From contig OZ242164.1 of NCBI GenBank assembly GCA_965205335.1, forward strand, positions 512,001 through 576,000: DNA of 64,000 nucleotides, read 5' to 3'. Source of the DNA: Candidatus Woesearchaeota archaeon. GTDB lineage: Archaea; Nanobdellota; Nanobdellia; Woesearchaeales; UBA583. The first letter of the stretch is position 1; each line of letters begins with the position of its first letter. A program made the position numbers and the translations under genes. The notes under the pieces are model-generated. The model saw only the letters and a list, made by a program, of their open reading frames with translations. It searched no databases and was not told where the DNA came from. This document shows positions 19,163 through 29,409 of this stretch, piece by piece.

Positions 19163-19226
19163 AAATTGTTAAGAAAAGGAGTAAGTTTGGTTAGTATGGG
19201 TTTGATGGTTTTAGTAGGTGCTTTAG

Positions 19227-19586
19227 ATGGTAAGTAAACAAATTGAGCAAGTTAGAGAATTTCATAAGAAGTTTAAAGTTCCAGTTTTGAGTTCTTTTAG
19301 AAATATTCCCAAGGACAGGTTTACTCTTAGGTATAATTTGCTTAAAGAGGAGAATGAAGAGTATCTTAAAGCATGTGCTGATAATAATAAGATTGAAATT
19401 GCTGATTCTCTGTGTGATATGCTGTATGTTTTGTGTGGGACTATGCTTGAGCACGGGTTTTCCCAAAGGCTTGATGAGGTTTTTGATGAGATTCATAAGA
19501 GTAATATGTCAAAGGATTATGGAGATGGTAAGATGATAAAGGGCAAGAATTTTAAACTTCCTGATTTGTCTAAAGTTATCAAATGA
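19227..19586 (+). CDS. MazG-like/PRA-PH all-alpha NTP pyrophosphohydrolase (putative dUTPase, DR2231-like)
   Basis: VREFH..F, LR..LLKEE..EY, EIADSLCDMLYV..G, EIHKSNMSK, GK..KG.NF..PDL. Confidence 0.85.
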   Translation: MVSKQIEQVREFHKKFKVPVLSSFRNIPKDRFTLRYNLLKEENEEYLKACADNNKIEIADSLCDMLYVLCGTMLEHGFSQRLDEVFDEIHKSNMSKDYGDGKMIKGKNFKLPDLSKVIK

Positions 19587-19656
19587 AATTTTTACAGTGA
19601 ATTTACATTAATTAACACTTAAATATTTAAATTCTTTATTATAATTAAATTACATA

Positions 19657-19959
19657 ATGGCAGATGATAAAGAAAAGTTCTCTTTAAAAAATATAGAAAA
19701 ACATCTTAAAACCATTAGCAAGAATACTAGGGAAATGAGTGAAATTTCTAAGGAAACTAAAAATGCTTTAAATAAATTATCTAAATCTAATGAGAAAGTT
19801 GGTATGGTGATGCTTTTTCTTACTTTTATGTTATTTTATGTTGGTGTCCATCAAATCTTTTCAGTTATCTTTCATGAGAGTATATTTCGGGTGATTACTT
19901 ATTCTGTTATTTCAACACTAATTATTTTTTATGCTGTTTATCGTTTATGTATAGATTAG
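19657..19959 (+). CDS. small coiled-coil membrane protein
   Basis: Charged helical N-terminus plus two TM helices. Confidence 0.6.
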   Translation: MADDKEKFSLKNIEKHLKTISKNTREMSEISKETKNALNKLSKSNEKVGMVMLFLTFMLFYVGVHQIFSVIFHESIFRVITYSVISTLIIFYAVYRLCID

Positions 19960-19970
19960 ATTGTAGTTCT

Positions 19971-20615
19971 CTATTTTCTTTTTCTGTTTCCGAATTTTTC
20001 AAAGTAGATTCTATCAGGAGTGGGAAGTTTTATAACTTCTGGGTTTTCCATAGGAAATCCTATTGGAATAATTGCATCTATAACCTGCATATGAGGCACA
20101 TTTAAAATATTATTTAAAACTTTTGACTCGCAAGACTCAACCCAACATGCTCCAAAGTCATGGAAATGAGCAAGCATTAAGACATTTTGAATTACAGCAG
20201 CGGCATTTTGAATTGAATATTTATGTCCATGTCCTGGATACAACTCAACTAATTTAGATTCATCACGAACAATGGCTAAGAGTATTGGAGCATCTGCAAC
20301 CCAATACTGCTGGTTTTCTGCTCTTGCAATTTCATTAATTGTGTTAACATCTTTAATAATTATAATTTTTGTGTTTTGTATATTCCCCGCACATGGAGCA
20401 TTTAAAGCGGCATCAATAATCTCGTAAGTGCATTTCCAATCTATCTCTTTTTGAGAGTACTTTCTTATACTTCTTCTTGTTTTAAATTTACCAATCACAT
20501 ACTCCCAACTCCGTTCCAAATGCTTTGGCATCTTCGTAGGTTCTTCACCTTCCTGAGGAGAATAATAACTATCTTTCTCCATTCTTCCCATAAATTTTTT
20601 TAGAGCCTCTTTCAT
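19971..20615 (-). CDS. nitroreductase family protein
   Basis: RRSIRKY, APCAGNIQ, QNVLMLAH...GACWV, IPIGFP. Confidence 0.9.
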   Translation of the reverse strand: MKEALKKFMGRMEKDSYYSPQEGEEPTKMPKHLERSWEYVIGKFKTRRSIRKYSQKEIDWKCTYEIIDAALNAPCAGNIQNTKIIIIKDVNTINEIARAENQQYWVADAPILLAIVRDESKLVELYPGHGHKYSIQNAAAVIQNVLMLAHFHDFGACWVESCESKVLNNILNVPHMQVIDAIIPIGFPMENPEVIKLPTPDRIYFEKFGNRKRK

Positions 20616-20738
20616 AATACTTACAAAATATAAATACTTATAAAGGTTATTGTTTGCATCTTCAGTGATTTATTAGAGAAACTAATTCCTATCATACATG
20701 AAAAAAGTTAATTAATATAACAACAAAGAACATACAAA

Positions 20739-23237
20739 TTATAGAAATGTATCAAGCCCTTTACTACCAACCATTTTCTTCTCAGTCTTAGTGGGGGATT
20801 TCTTTATAATTTCTTTAAATTCCTTCTTAATTCTTATCTCTTCCTTATCTTCAATATTCTGCTGTACTTCTTTAGCCCTATCTAAAACTCTTGTGGGAAG
20901 TCCTGCAAGTTTTCCGACATATATACCATATGATTTGTCAGTTCCACCTTTTACAATTTTTCTTATAAATTCCACTTTCTCCCCCTCCTCACGAACCATC
21001 ACATTATAATTCTCAATTGTATCATAGAAAGATGCCAATTCATTTAACTGGTGGTAATGTGTTGCAAATATTGAATTTGATTTTTTGGAATTTAAATCTT
21101 CAACAACGGCCCATGCAATGGCTAATCCGTCATATGTTGAAGTTCCTCTTCCAATTTCATCTAAAAGAACAAGAGAATTTTGAGTAGCATTATTTAATAT
21201 ATTTGCCGTCTCACTCATCTCAATCATAAAAGTTGATTGTCCTTCAGATAATTCATCATGTGCTCCAATTCTTGTAAAGACTCTGTCGTAAACCCTAAGA
21301 GTTGCAGATTCTGCAGGGACAAAAGAACCAATCTGAGCCATAATTGAAATTAATCCAATAAGCCTTAGATATGTTGATTTTCCTGAGGCGTTAGGACCTG
21401 TTACAACCTTAAAAGTTTCAGATTCATTGAAAATTACATCATTTGGAATAAACTCTGATACAAATTTTTCAACAATTGGATTTCTTCCGGAGATTATTTT
21501 TGTTTCATTTTCACTAAACTTAGCTCTGCAATAATTATTCAACTGAGAATTTAATGAGTGGTTTGTCAGAACATCTAAAAGAGCTACCTTTTGTGATATC
21601 TCCTGAAATTTTTTTGTGTAAGGTTTTAACTTATTTATTAAGTCCATAAATAATTGTTTTTCCAAATTTTTTATTTTATCCTCAGCATTAAGAATCTGAT
21701 TTTCTTTCTCTTTGAGTTCGGGTTTTATGTATCTGATTGCATTAACGAGGGTTTGTCTTATCTCATAATCAGGGGGAACTTTTTTCTCATGTTGTTTTGG
21801 AATCTCAATATAATAACCAAAAATTTTATTGTATTTTATTTTAAGAGAATTTATTTTAGTTCTTGATTTTTCGCTAAATTCGAGTTCTTTTATGAAATCT
21901 TTTGAATTGAATGCTATGTCGCAAAATTCTTTTAGTGTTTTGTTGTAATCTTGTTTTATATATCCAATATCTCTTGTGTGTGATGGAGCATCTTCAACTA
22001 TTGCTCTGTCAATTTCTTTGGTTACTTCTGAGAGTGTGTCAATTTTTTTAATGTCTTTTAGAAGTTCTGTCTGCACCATATCTAATGTTTGTTTTATTAT
22101 TGGGATTTTCTCTAATGAATATTTTAGTGCAACTAAATCTTTAGGAGAAGCAATTGCTGAATTGATTCTTGATGTGATTCTTTCAATGTCGTAGAATTCT
22201 CTGAGGTTTTCGCGCATATCATTTCTTTGTATTATTAATTCATTTAGTTCTTCTACTGCATCTAATCTTTTATTGATTTCTTTTGCATTAATTAATGGAG
22301 AGGTTAAATGTTTTTTTAGAAGCCTTGCTCCTAATGGAGTTTTTGTGTTATTTAAAATACCAAGAAGAGTTTTTGATTTGTCTTCTGTATATAAACTGTA
22401 GGTTATTTCTAAGTTTCTTAGGCATATTGAGTCAAGAACCATTGAGGAATTTAGGTTAATGTATTTGATTTTGTTTATGTGTTTTAGGTGTAGTTTTTGA
22501 AGTTTGTAAATATAGAAGAGAAGAGCTCCTGATGAGATTACTGAGAAATTTCTTGATTCAAGACCTAATTCATTTGGTGTTAATTCAAATTGTTTCTTTA
22601 GTATTTTGTTTGCATAGTTTATATTAAATCTTATGTCTGATAGGTAATTAAAGTATATGTTTGAGTTTTGCATGAATTCTTTTAGTTTTCTTTGAATGTT
22701 TGATTCATTTAGAACTATTTCATTAGGGGAATACTTTCTGATGATTGTTTTGACATCATCAAGACTTCTGACTTCTGTTGTAATGAATTCTCCTGTTGTT
22801 ATATCAACTATTGATATTCCATATTTCTGGGATATGTCTTTTGGGGAGTAAATGCACATTATAAAATTGTTTTCGTATGATTTTAAGTACTCTTCTTCAA
22901 GTATTGTTCCAGGAGTTATTATTCTTGTAATTCCTCTTTTGACTAATCCTTTTGTCAGAGAAGGATCTTCTAACTGTTCACATATTGCAACTTTGAAGTT
23001 ATTCTGGACAAGTTTTTTTATGTAAGGTATGATGGAATGATGTGGAACTCCTGCCATAGGCGTTTTTCCTCTCTTTGTCAGAGTAATTTGCAGAACTTGA
23101 GCGCAGGTTTTAGCATCATCATAGAATGTCTCGTAGAAGTCTCCCGCTCTAAATAATAAAATGCAATCACTATGCTGGGTTTTTAGTTCAAGAAACTGTT
23201 TCATCATCGGGGTTACTTTCTCTTCATCTTCTTTCAT
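20739..23237 (-). CDS. mutS: DNA mismatch repair protein MutS (MutS1)
   Basis: TPMMKQF, GDFYETF, MAGVP, TGPNASGKSTYL, STFMIEM, DEIGRGTST, ATHYH, SYGI. Confidence 0.96.
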   Translation of the reverse strand: MKEDEEKVTPMMKQFLELKTQHSDCILLFRAGDFYETFYDDAKTCAQVLQITLTKRGKTPMAGVPHHSIIPYIKKLVQNNFKVAICEQLEDPSLTKGLVKRGITRIITPGTILEEEYLKSYENNFIMCIYSPKDISQKYGISIVDITTGEFITTEVRSLDDVKTIIRKYSPNEIVLNESNIQRKLKEFMQNSNIYFNYLSDIRFNINYANKILKKQFELTPNELGLESRNFSVISSGALLFYIYKLQKLHLKHINKIKYINLNSSMVLDSICLRNLEITYSLYTEDKSKTLLGILNNTKTPLGARLLKKHLTSPLINAKEINKRLDAVEELNELIIQRNDMRENLREFYDIERITSRINSAIASPKDLVALKYSLEKIPIIKQTLDMVQTELLKDIKKIDTLSEVTKEIDRAIVEDAPSHTRDIGYIKQDYNKTLKEFCDIAFNSKDFIKELEFSEKSRTKINSLKIKYNKIFGYYIEIPKQHEKKVPPDYEIRQTLVNAIRYIKPELKEKENQILNAEDKIKNLEKQLFMDLINKLKPYTKKFQEISQKVALLDVLTNHSLNSQLNNYCRAKFSENETKIISGRNPIVEKFVSEFIPNDVIFNESETFKVVTGPNASGKSTYLRLIGLISIMAQIGSFVPAESATLRVYDRVFTRIGAHDELSEGQSTFMIEMSETANILNNATQNSLVLLDEIGRGTSTYDGLAIAWAVVEDLNSKKSNSIFATHYHQLNELASFYDTIENYNVMVREEGEKVEFIRKIVKGGTDKSYGIYVGKLAGLPTRVLDRAKEVQQNIEDKEEIRIKKEFKEIIKKSPTKTEKKMVGSKGLDTFL

Positions 23238-23570
23238 AAAAATAAGCGAAGTTTTATTTTTTATAAAAGTTGTGTAAGGATTTTAAAATCTTATCTATTA
23301 ATGGGTTATAATAACATTTTAACTAATAGAAGGGAAAAATATTATCTAAAAGATCAGTATCTAACCTTTAATTTCAGAAGTGTTAAAATAATTAAGAAAA
23401 TATGTCAGGTATTTATAAAGAATTTTAAAAACAAATTATTAAATAGAATTTAAATGACAGAAGATATTTTCACCTCTTTTCAGAGAAAACGTTATTTTTA
23501 ATACTCATAAAATTCAGAAAATGTATGAAACTTCTAAGCAGAGGTTTTTTTAATAAAGAGGTTATAAAAA

Positions 23571-24644
23571 ATGGATTTTTTAGTTAAGGATGCGTTGCAG
23601 AATATGTCCGAAGATAATTTAGATCAATTTGAGGTAGGACAGGCAAGGATGGTAGTAGTAGGCTGTGGTGGTGCTGGTCAGAATATGGTAGACTGGCTAT
23701 ATGCGAAGGGAATCACAGGAGCTGAAATAGTTGCAATTAATACAGATCTTCAGGATTTAAAATTGAAGAATGCAGACAAGAAAATTCTCGTAGGTAAGGA
23801 AGTTACGAGGGGTTTAGGTGCTGGTGGAAATCCTCAGAGAGGGATGGAAGCCGCAAAGGAATCTGTTTCGGAAATTAAAGAAGTAATTAAAGGTGCTGAT
23901 ATAGTGTTTGTATGTGCTGGTATGGGTGGAGGAACTGGAACTGGTGTTGCTCCATTTGTCGCAAAGGTTGCAAGGGATATGGGAGCTATTGTAATTGGTG
24001 TAGTTACGATGCCTTTTAATATTGAGAGAGCAAGAATTGATAAAGCAGAGTTTGGTTTGCAACAGTTGAGAAGTTCAACAGATACAGTTGTTGTAATAGA
24101 TAATAATAGGCTTGTAAAGATTGCAGGCAATCTGCCTGTTAAACAGGCTTTTGCTGTTGCCAATGAGTTAATTTCTGTTATGATTAAGGGAATCGTTGAG
24201 ATTATTTCATGTCCTTCACTTGTAAATTTGGACTTTGCGGATGTGAAAGCAATTATGAGTTCAGGCGGGGTTGCAACAGTTGGTATGGGAACTTCTGATA
24301 CCGCAAACAGGGTTGAGGAATCTGTTCAAGAAGCCCTGTCAAATCCTCTGCTTGATATTGACTATAATGGAGCAACAGGAGCTCTTATCCATGTGACTGG
24401 TGGCAATGATATGACTCTTGAAGAAATTGATAGGGTTGGAAGTTTAGTTACCCAATCACTTCACACAGATGCTAATGTTATATGGGGAGCAAGAGTTGAG
24501 GAATCCCACTCAAAGAGAATTACTATTATGACAATTATGACAGGTGTTTCCTCGCCTCATATTTTAGGTAACGAAACAAAAGAAGAAAAAATGGAATCCG
24601 GGCAGAAGGTCTCACGCGATTTAGGCATCTCAAGTGTTTATTAG
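23571..24644 (+). CDS. ftsZ: cell division protein FtsZ
   Basis: GCGGAG, NTD, GAGGNP, GMGGGTGTG, NLDFADV. Confidence 0.97.
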   Translation: MDFLVKDALQNMSEDNLDQFEVGQARMVVVGCGGAGQNMVDWLYAKGITGAEIVAINTDLQDLKLKNADKKILVGKEVTRGLGAGGNPQRGMEAAKESVSEIKEVIKGADIVFVCAGMGGGTGTGVAPFVAKVARDMGAIVIGVVTMPFNIERARIDKAEFGLQQLRSSTDTVVVIDNNRLVKIAGNLPVKQAFAVANELISVMIKGIVEIISCPSLVNLDFADVKAIMSSGGVATVGMGTSDTANRVEESVQEALSNPLLDIDYNGATGALIHVTGGNDMTLEEIDRVGSLVTQSLHTDANVIWGARVEESHSKRITIMTIMTGVSSPHILGNETKEEKMESGQKVSRDLGISSVY

Positions 24645-24767
24645 ATATTTAAACACTTTCTTATTCTTGATGAATTCTGATTGATTTTCATATTTTTTGA
24701 CATTGTAGTAAGTAAATTTTTTCGTTTTGGTTTTACATAAAATTTGGTCTTTTGTGTTTTATAATAG

Positions 24768-25709
24768 TGTGTAGTGCCATGACATATGTCACCAGTCTAA
24801 AAGTTAACAATTCTTGTTAACTTTATGAAAAAAGACAAAGTTAGGAAAGTTTTCATAAAACTAAGAGTTAAACAAAACTCTTATTCAAAATGCAAGAAAA
24901 TACTTGCAGAGGAGTGCAAATACTTTGTAAGTATTCGTACTTTAAAACGTTGGCAACACCGTTTTGAGAAAGAAATATGGGATTATCAAGATAAGTCTAC
25001 AAGACCAAACAAGATTTATTACAAAGTTACTTTAGAAGATGAGAAAGCAATTTTAAATCTTCGATATAAAACAGGTTGGGGATCTAAAAAGCTTCATAAC
25101 TTCCTGCCTATTCTGGATATTTCAGAGAGAACCATTAATAGAGTTCTTAGAAAGAATCATTTAACTCGTAAAGAGGGAAATAGAGGGTCTCGGATTAAAT
25201 ACGTTCGTTTCGAACGTAAACACTCAAATTCACTTTGGCACATTGATGACAGTGAATTTGGTGAAAAAGGTAAAATAATTGCGGTCATTGATGATGCCAC
25301 TCGTTATTGTTTAGGTATTTTACATGTTCCAACTGTTACAACACCAATTGTAACACAATTTCTTGATAATTTAATCAAGAAATTTGGAAATCCTACTCAA
25401 ATAATCAGTGATAATGGAGCACCATATGGACTTAGAAGTAAGAAGTCTAAGTTCGATAAATGGTGTCAAAGAAGAAGGATTAAGCACATTAGAACTAAAG
25501 TTAACCGTCCTCAAACAAACGGAAAAGTGGAACGTTTGTTTGGAACAATTGACAGGGAAATTGGGTATTGCAACAATGATCTAGAGTTATTTAGGTATAG
25601 ATATAATGTTTTTAGACCTCATCAGAGCTTATTTAGTCAAACTCCTTCTTATGAGTTTGACAACTTTCAGAGAAAGTTGAGGTGGTGACATATGTCATGG
25701 CACTACACA
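24768..25709 (+). mobile_element. IS481-family element type A (942 bp)
   Basis: Perfect 27-bp TIRs TGTGTAGTGCCATGACATATGTCACCA (24768-24794 / 25683-25709) enclosing a single DDE transposase; no flanking TSD. Confidence 0.9.
24825..25688 (+). CDS. IS481-family transposase (HTH + rve integrase core)
   Basis: WHIDD, VIDDATR, SDNG, PQTNGKVER, YN..RPHQSL. Confidence 0.93.
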   Translation: MKKDKVRKVFIKLRVKQNSYSKCKKILAEECKYFVSIRTLKRWQHRFEKEIWDYQDKSTRPNKIYYKVTLEDEKAILNLRYKTGWGSKKLHNFLPILDISERTINRVLRKNHLTRKEGNRGSRIKYVRFERKHSNSLWHIDDSEFGEKGKIIAVIDDATRYCLGILHVPTVTTPIVTQFLDNLIKKFGNPTQIISDNGAPYGLRSKKSKFDKWCQRRRIKHIRTKVNRPQTNGKVERLFGTIDREIGYCNNDLELFRYRYNVFRPHQSLFSQTPSYEFDNFQRKLRW

Positions 25710-25758
25710 AGAACCTGTTGCTAATAAACTTTATAAATATATTAAATTGTCATTTCTT

Positions 25759-26889
25759 ATGGCTAAAACTAAAAACTCAAAGAAAAAAAATAGTGAACAT
25801 ATAAAAAAGAAAAAAAAGACTGCAACTCACAAAGAAACAAAAAAACAAAATCCAACATGGAAACCAATTGCAATTATTCTAACAATTCTTGTAATAGTTC
25901 TTGCTATTGCAATAGTGTATGTACTCATTAACCAAAAAATTTCAGAAGACAAATTAAGATATAAAAATGAAACAGACTCCCAAATTCCAGATGAGAAAAG
26001 TGCAATTGAGTTAGTTATTATTGAAGATTCATCATGTGATAAATGCAATGTGGACTCAACCATAGAACCACTTAAAAAAGCAATGCCAGAGTTAGAAGTT
26101 TCAAGATATGAATTTAATTCAGAAAAAGGATTAGAAGTTATAAAAAAAACTGGCTTAAATTTTGTCCCTATATATATGTTTTCAAGAAACATAAACGAAA
26201 AAGATAACTGGGAAGAGATTCAAAGTTCACTTATTTATATTGGAGGAGAATATTACCTTGTAAACCCTAATTTAGTTGGTGGAGAGAGAAAATTAATTAA
26301 TGATATTGAAATAACGCAAACAGCAATTACATTAGGTAACCCCAACGCCAATGTTACAATATATGAATTCTCAGATTACGAATGCATTTTCTGTGCTCTT
26401 TCTGAGGGAAATGAAAGATTAAACGAACTATATAAAACATTAAACCCAGATTATGAATCTCCAGTTCCAAACATATTCAAAGATTATATACAAACAGGAA
26501 AAGCAAAATTTGTATTCTACAATTTCCCAATAGAACAACTCCACCCACAATCCATTATTCCCCATATGGCATCTCTATGTGCTAATGAACAAAACAAGTG
26601 GAAAGACTTTAACAACAAATTATTTGAAATGCATTTTGATTGGATTAACTCATCAAATAAAACAAGTAAACTTCAAAAGTATGCATCAGATATGGGACTT
26701 GATACAGAGCAGTTCAATTCATGCCTTGAAAACAAAAAATACATAAGACAAATTAAAGAAGAAGTTGAGTTAGGAATAACATATAGTGTTCGCGCAACCC
26801 CAAGTTTTTTTGTGAACAGAAATTTCATAATGGGGAATACTTCATATAAAGAATTTAAAGAAATAATTGAAAAAGAACTTGCAAAATAA
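25759..26889 (+). CDS. membrane-anchored DsbA/thioredoxin-fold protein
   Basis: N-terminal TM helix, CDKC domain, then GNPNANVTIYEFSDYECIFC and ATPSFFVN. Confidence 0.88.
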   Translation: MAKTKNSKKKNSEHIKKKKKTATHKETKKQNPTWKPIAIILTILVIVLAIAIVYVLINQKISEDKLRYKNETDSQIPDEKSAIELVIIEDSSCDKCNVDSTIEPLKKAMPELEVSRYEFNSEKGLEVIKKTGLNFVPIYMFSRNINEKDNWEEIQSSLIYIGGEYYLVNPNLVGGERKLINDIEITQTAITLGNPNANVTIYEFSDYECIFCALSEGNERLNELYKTLNPDYESPVPNIFKDYIQTGKAKFVFYNFPIEQLHPQSIIPHMASLCANEQNKWKDFNNKLFEMHFDWINSSNKTSKLQKYASDMGLDTEQFNSCLENKKYIRQIKEEVELGITYSVRATPSFFVNRNFIMGNTSYKEFKEIIEKELAK

Positions 26890-26890
26890 A

Positions 26891-27334
26891 ATGAATTTTA
26901 TAATTATATACTTTACATCATACATCCTAACTCTGTGTGGATATCTTTTAGGCAGAGCAACAAAAGAAGAACACAAAGAAATAAAAAAATATGTTAATTA
27001 TGCAATTGAAATTATAATTGTAGTAACATACATTTCATTATTTTATGTGTTCAGAGATAATTTATTATACATATTCATACTATGTGCCCTTGCAATCCTA
27101 AAACTGGTTTCAGCATTTTATAAAAAATATTTAAATAATATTCATAACATTGGATTATTTGCAGTAACTCTAATACTTTGTTATACAAATTCTTACCTTG
27201 ATGAAATTTACTTAACCCTTCTTCCAATGCTTGTATTAATACTTGAAAACTCATTTCATAAATTCAAAATAAAAAAAGAAATTCACAAAGTGATAATTGC
27301 TACAATATTTCTAATACTGCTCTACACAATGTAA
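26891..27334 (+). CDS. membrane protein of unknown function
   Basis: Multiple hydrophobic helices; GY.L...TKEE motif; ATG two bases after the dsbA stop. Confidence 0.65.
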   Translation: MNFIIIYFTSYILTLCGYLLGRATKEEHKEIKKYVNYAIEIIIVVTYISLFYVFRDNLLYIFILCALAILKLVSAFYKKYLNNIHNIGLFAVTLILCYTNSYLDEIYLTLLPMLVLILENSFHKFKIKKEIHKVIIATIFLILLYTM

Positions 27335-27389
27335 TCTTGACTATATAAAAATAACAAACATTTAATAAAAGAATAAATCACAAAATCTT

Positions 27390-28070
27390 ATGGGAAAACT
27401 TGTTTTAGTAAGACATGGAGAATCAATTTGGAATATGCAAAACCGTTTTACTGGTTGGATTGATGTATCACTCTCAAAAAAAGGATTGCATGAAGCAAGA
27501 AAAGCAGGAACTCTATTAAAGAATATGAAATTTGATATTGCATTTTCATCAAACTTGCTAAGAGCACAGGAAACATTATTTCAAATCTTAAACAGAAACA
27601 ATTTTTGCAATGGATACATTCATGTTCATGAGAACGAGAAAGAATGGTATTCACACTACAAAAGCACAAAAGAAGATGCCTCAAATTTAAGAGTTTATAC
27701 AGACGAAGCCCTAAACGAAAGATACTATGGAGACTTGCAGGGCTTAAACAAAGAAGAAGTTAAAAAGAAATTTGGAGAAAAAGTAATTCATAAATGGAGA
27801 AGATCATTCAGAACTCCTCCACCAAAAGGAAACTCTCTTAAAGCAACGTATGATATGTCAATTCCTTACTTCAAAAAATACATAGAACCATATCTTAAAA
27901 AAAACATAAATATAATTATTTCTGCGCATGGAAATTCTCTTAGAGCAATCATAAAATACATTGAAAAAATACCTGATGACAAAATCTCCCTAGTAGAAAT
28001 TGAAACAGGAATACCATACATCTACGACTGCAATACAAAAGGAAAAATCAAAAAAAAGATTTTTTCATAA
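27390..28070 (+). CDS. gpmA: 2,3-bisphosphoglycerate-dependent phosphoglycerate mutase
   Basis: LVRHGES.WN..NRFTGW, LNERYYGDLQG, AHGNSLRA. Confidence 0.95.
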   Translation: MGKLVLVRHGESIWNMQNRFTGWIDVSLSKKGLHEARKAGTLLKNMKFDIAFSSNLLRAQETLFQILNRNNFCNGYIHVHENEKEWYSHYKSTKEDASNLRVYTDEALNERYYGDLQGLNKEEVKKKFGEKVIHKWRRSFRTPPPKGNSLKATYDMSIPYFKKYIEPYLKKNINIIISAHGNSLRAIIKYIEKIPDDKISLVEIETGIPYIYDCNTKGKIKKKIFS

Positions 28071-28086
28071 ACTAAACATTACCATT

Positions 28087-29337
28087 TTAAATCCCTTCCT
28101 TTCTTAAATATTCAACAAGAACTGCTTTCTTCTTAGTTCTCTTAATAACTCGAAAAGTTCCTTCTTTAATTTCAACTTTATCATTAATATTTGCAACCCT
28201 GTGAAGCCGCGAAGTTAAAAACCCATTCAAAGTAGAACAATTAGTAGTTCTTCTAATATTCAAACCCAATGCTTCATTTAAATCCTTCAAATCAACACTT
28301 GCATTAATCTGAAACTTAGAATCTCCCATCTCTTTTATATCATCCTGAGAATCTGAATCAAACTCATCCTCAATATCCCCCATTATCTCCTCAATAATAT
28401 CTTCTAATGTAACAATTCCAACAAAATCCCCATGCTCATTAACAACTACTGCCATATGAATTCTGCTTTTCTTCAGTTTAACCTCAAGGGTTGAAATCTT
28501 CATTATCTGAGGAGAGAAAATAACAGGTCTTATAATCTTGCTGACTTTAAAGTCATCATGGGGTCCCAAAAATCTAAACAAATCCTTTACATTAACTAAA
28601 CCAATCACCTCATCTTTGCTTAAAACGGGAAATCTTGTAAACCCCGTCTTATATGCAAGCTGGGCAATCTCCTTATACGTTGAATCATCCTTTACGCTCA
28701 CCACTTTATTTTTTGGAATCATTATATGGGACGCCTCTATGTCATTCATATCAAAAACATTTCCAATTCTCTCACTTTCCGATTCATCAATACTTCCTTC
28801 CTGTTTTCCTAATATTGCCATCTCCCTGATTACTCCTTCAGAAACATGATTTGAGTCCTCAGATGATTTAAAGAACAAATTAACCAACTTGTTTAAAGTC
28901 CATAATAAAGGAAATAAAATCTTTGTAAGAATTATTAATGGCAAGGATATATGCAGAGAGATTTTTTTATTGAATCTTTCACCGTATAATTTTGGAATAA
29001 TCTCTGAAAACAAAATAATAAGAAAAGTAAGAACTGCGCTTACAACTCCAACAATATAACTTCCAAATATCTTAGAAGCCAAAAGCCCAATAAATATTGA
29101 ACCAATAATATTTACAACATTATTTAAAACAACAATTGTTGTTATATATTCTTGCAAATTAGATTTTATCTCAAGTAATCTTTTAACTCTGATTTTATCT
29201 CTTTTAGTATGTGCACTGCTTAATAATTCCTTTGCATGAGGATATGAAACTGATAAAATAGCAGCCTCACTTCCTGAAATCAATCCACTAAGAATTATCA
29301 CAACAAGACATAAGATAATGAAAATTAAAATATCCAT
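28087..29337 (-). CDS. CNNM/DUF21-CBS-CorC (hemolysin TlyC-like) Mg/Co transport-associated protein
   Basis: SGSEAA, FSEIIPK, CBS pair (TRFPV; MAVVVNEHG..GIVTLEDIIEEIMGDIEDEFD), CorC tail. Confidence 0.92.
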   Translation of the reverse strand: MDILIFIILCLVVIILSGLISGSEAAILSVSYPHAKELLSSAHTKRDKIRVKRLLEIKSNLQEYITTIVVLNNVVNIIGSIFIGLLASKIFGSYIVGVVSAVLTFLIILFSEIIPKLYGERFNKKISLHISLPLIILTKILFPLLWTLNKLVNLFFKSSEDSNHVSEGVIREMAILGKQEGSIDESESERIGNVFDMNDIEASHIMIPKNKVVSVKDDSTYKEIAQLAYKTGFTRFPVLSKDEVIGLVNVKDLFRFLGPHDDFKVSKIIRPVIFSPQIMKISTLEVKLKKSRIHMAVVVNEHGDFVGIVTLEDIIEEIMGDIEDEFDSDSQDDIKEMGDSKFQINASVDLKDLNEALGLNIRRTTNCSTLNGFLTSRLHRVANINDKVEIKEGTFRVIKRTKKKAVLVEYLRKEGI

Positions 29338-29392
29338 CTAGTTAGAATATCACCTTGTATTTTTTCTACTCAATAGGTCTTTTTAAACTTTA

Positions 29393-29407
29393 TGAATAAA
29401 AATAAAA
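29393..29407. repeat. left copy of a direct repeat flanking the IS481 stack (second copy at 30891-30905)
   Basis: TGAATAAAAATAAAA at 29393-29407 and 30891-30905; the match extends to 17 bp (29392-29408 / 30890-30906). Confidence 0.65.
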
Positions 29408-29409
29408 TG

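Noticed and set aside
24645-24767. dif/Xer site at the skew switch
   Set aside because: No convincing 11-6-11 inverted-arm site found by eye.
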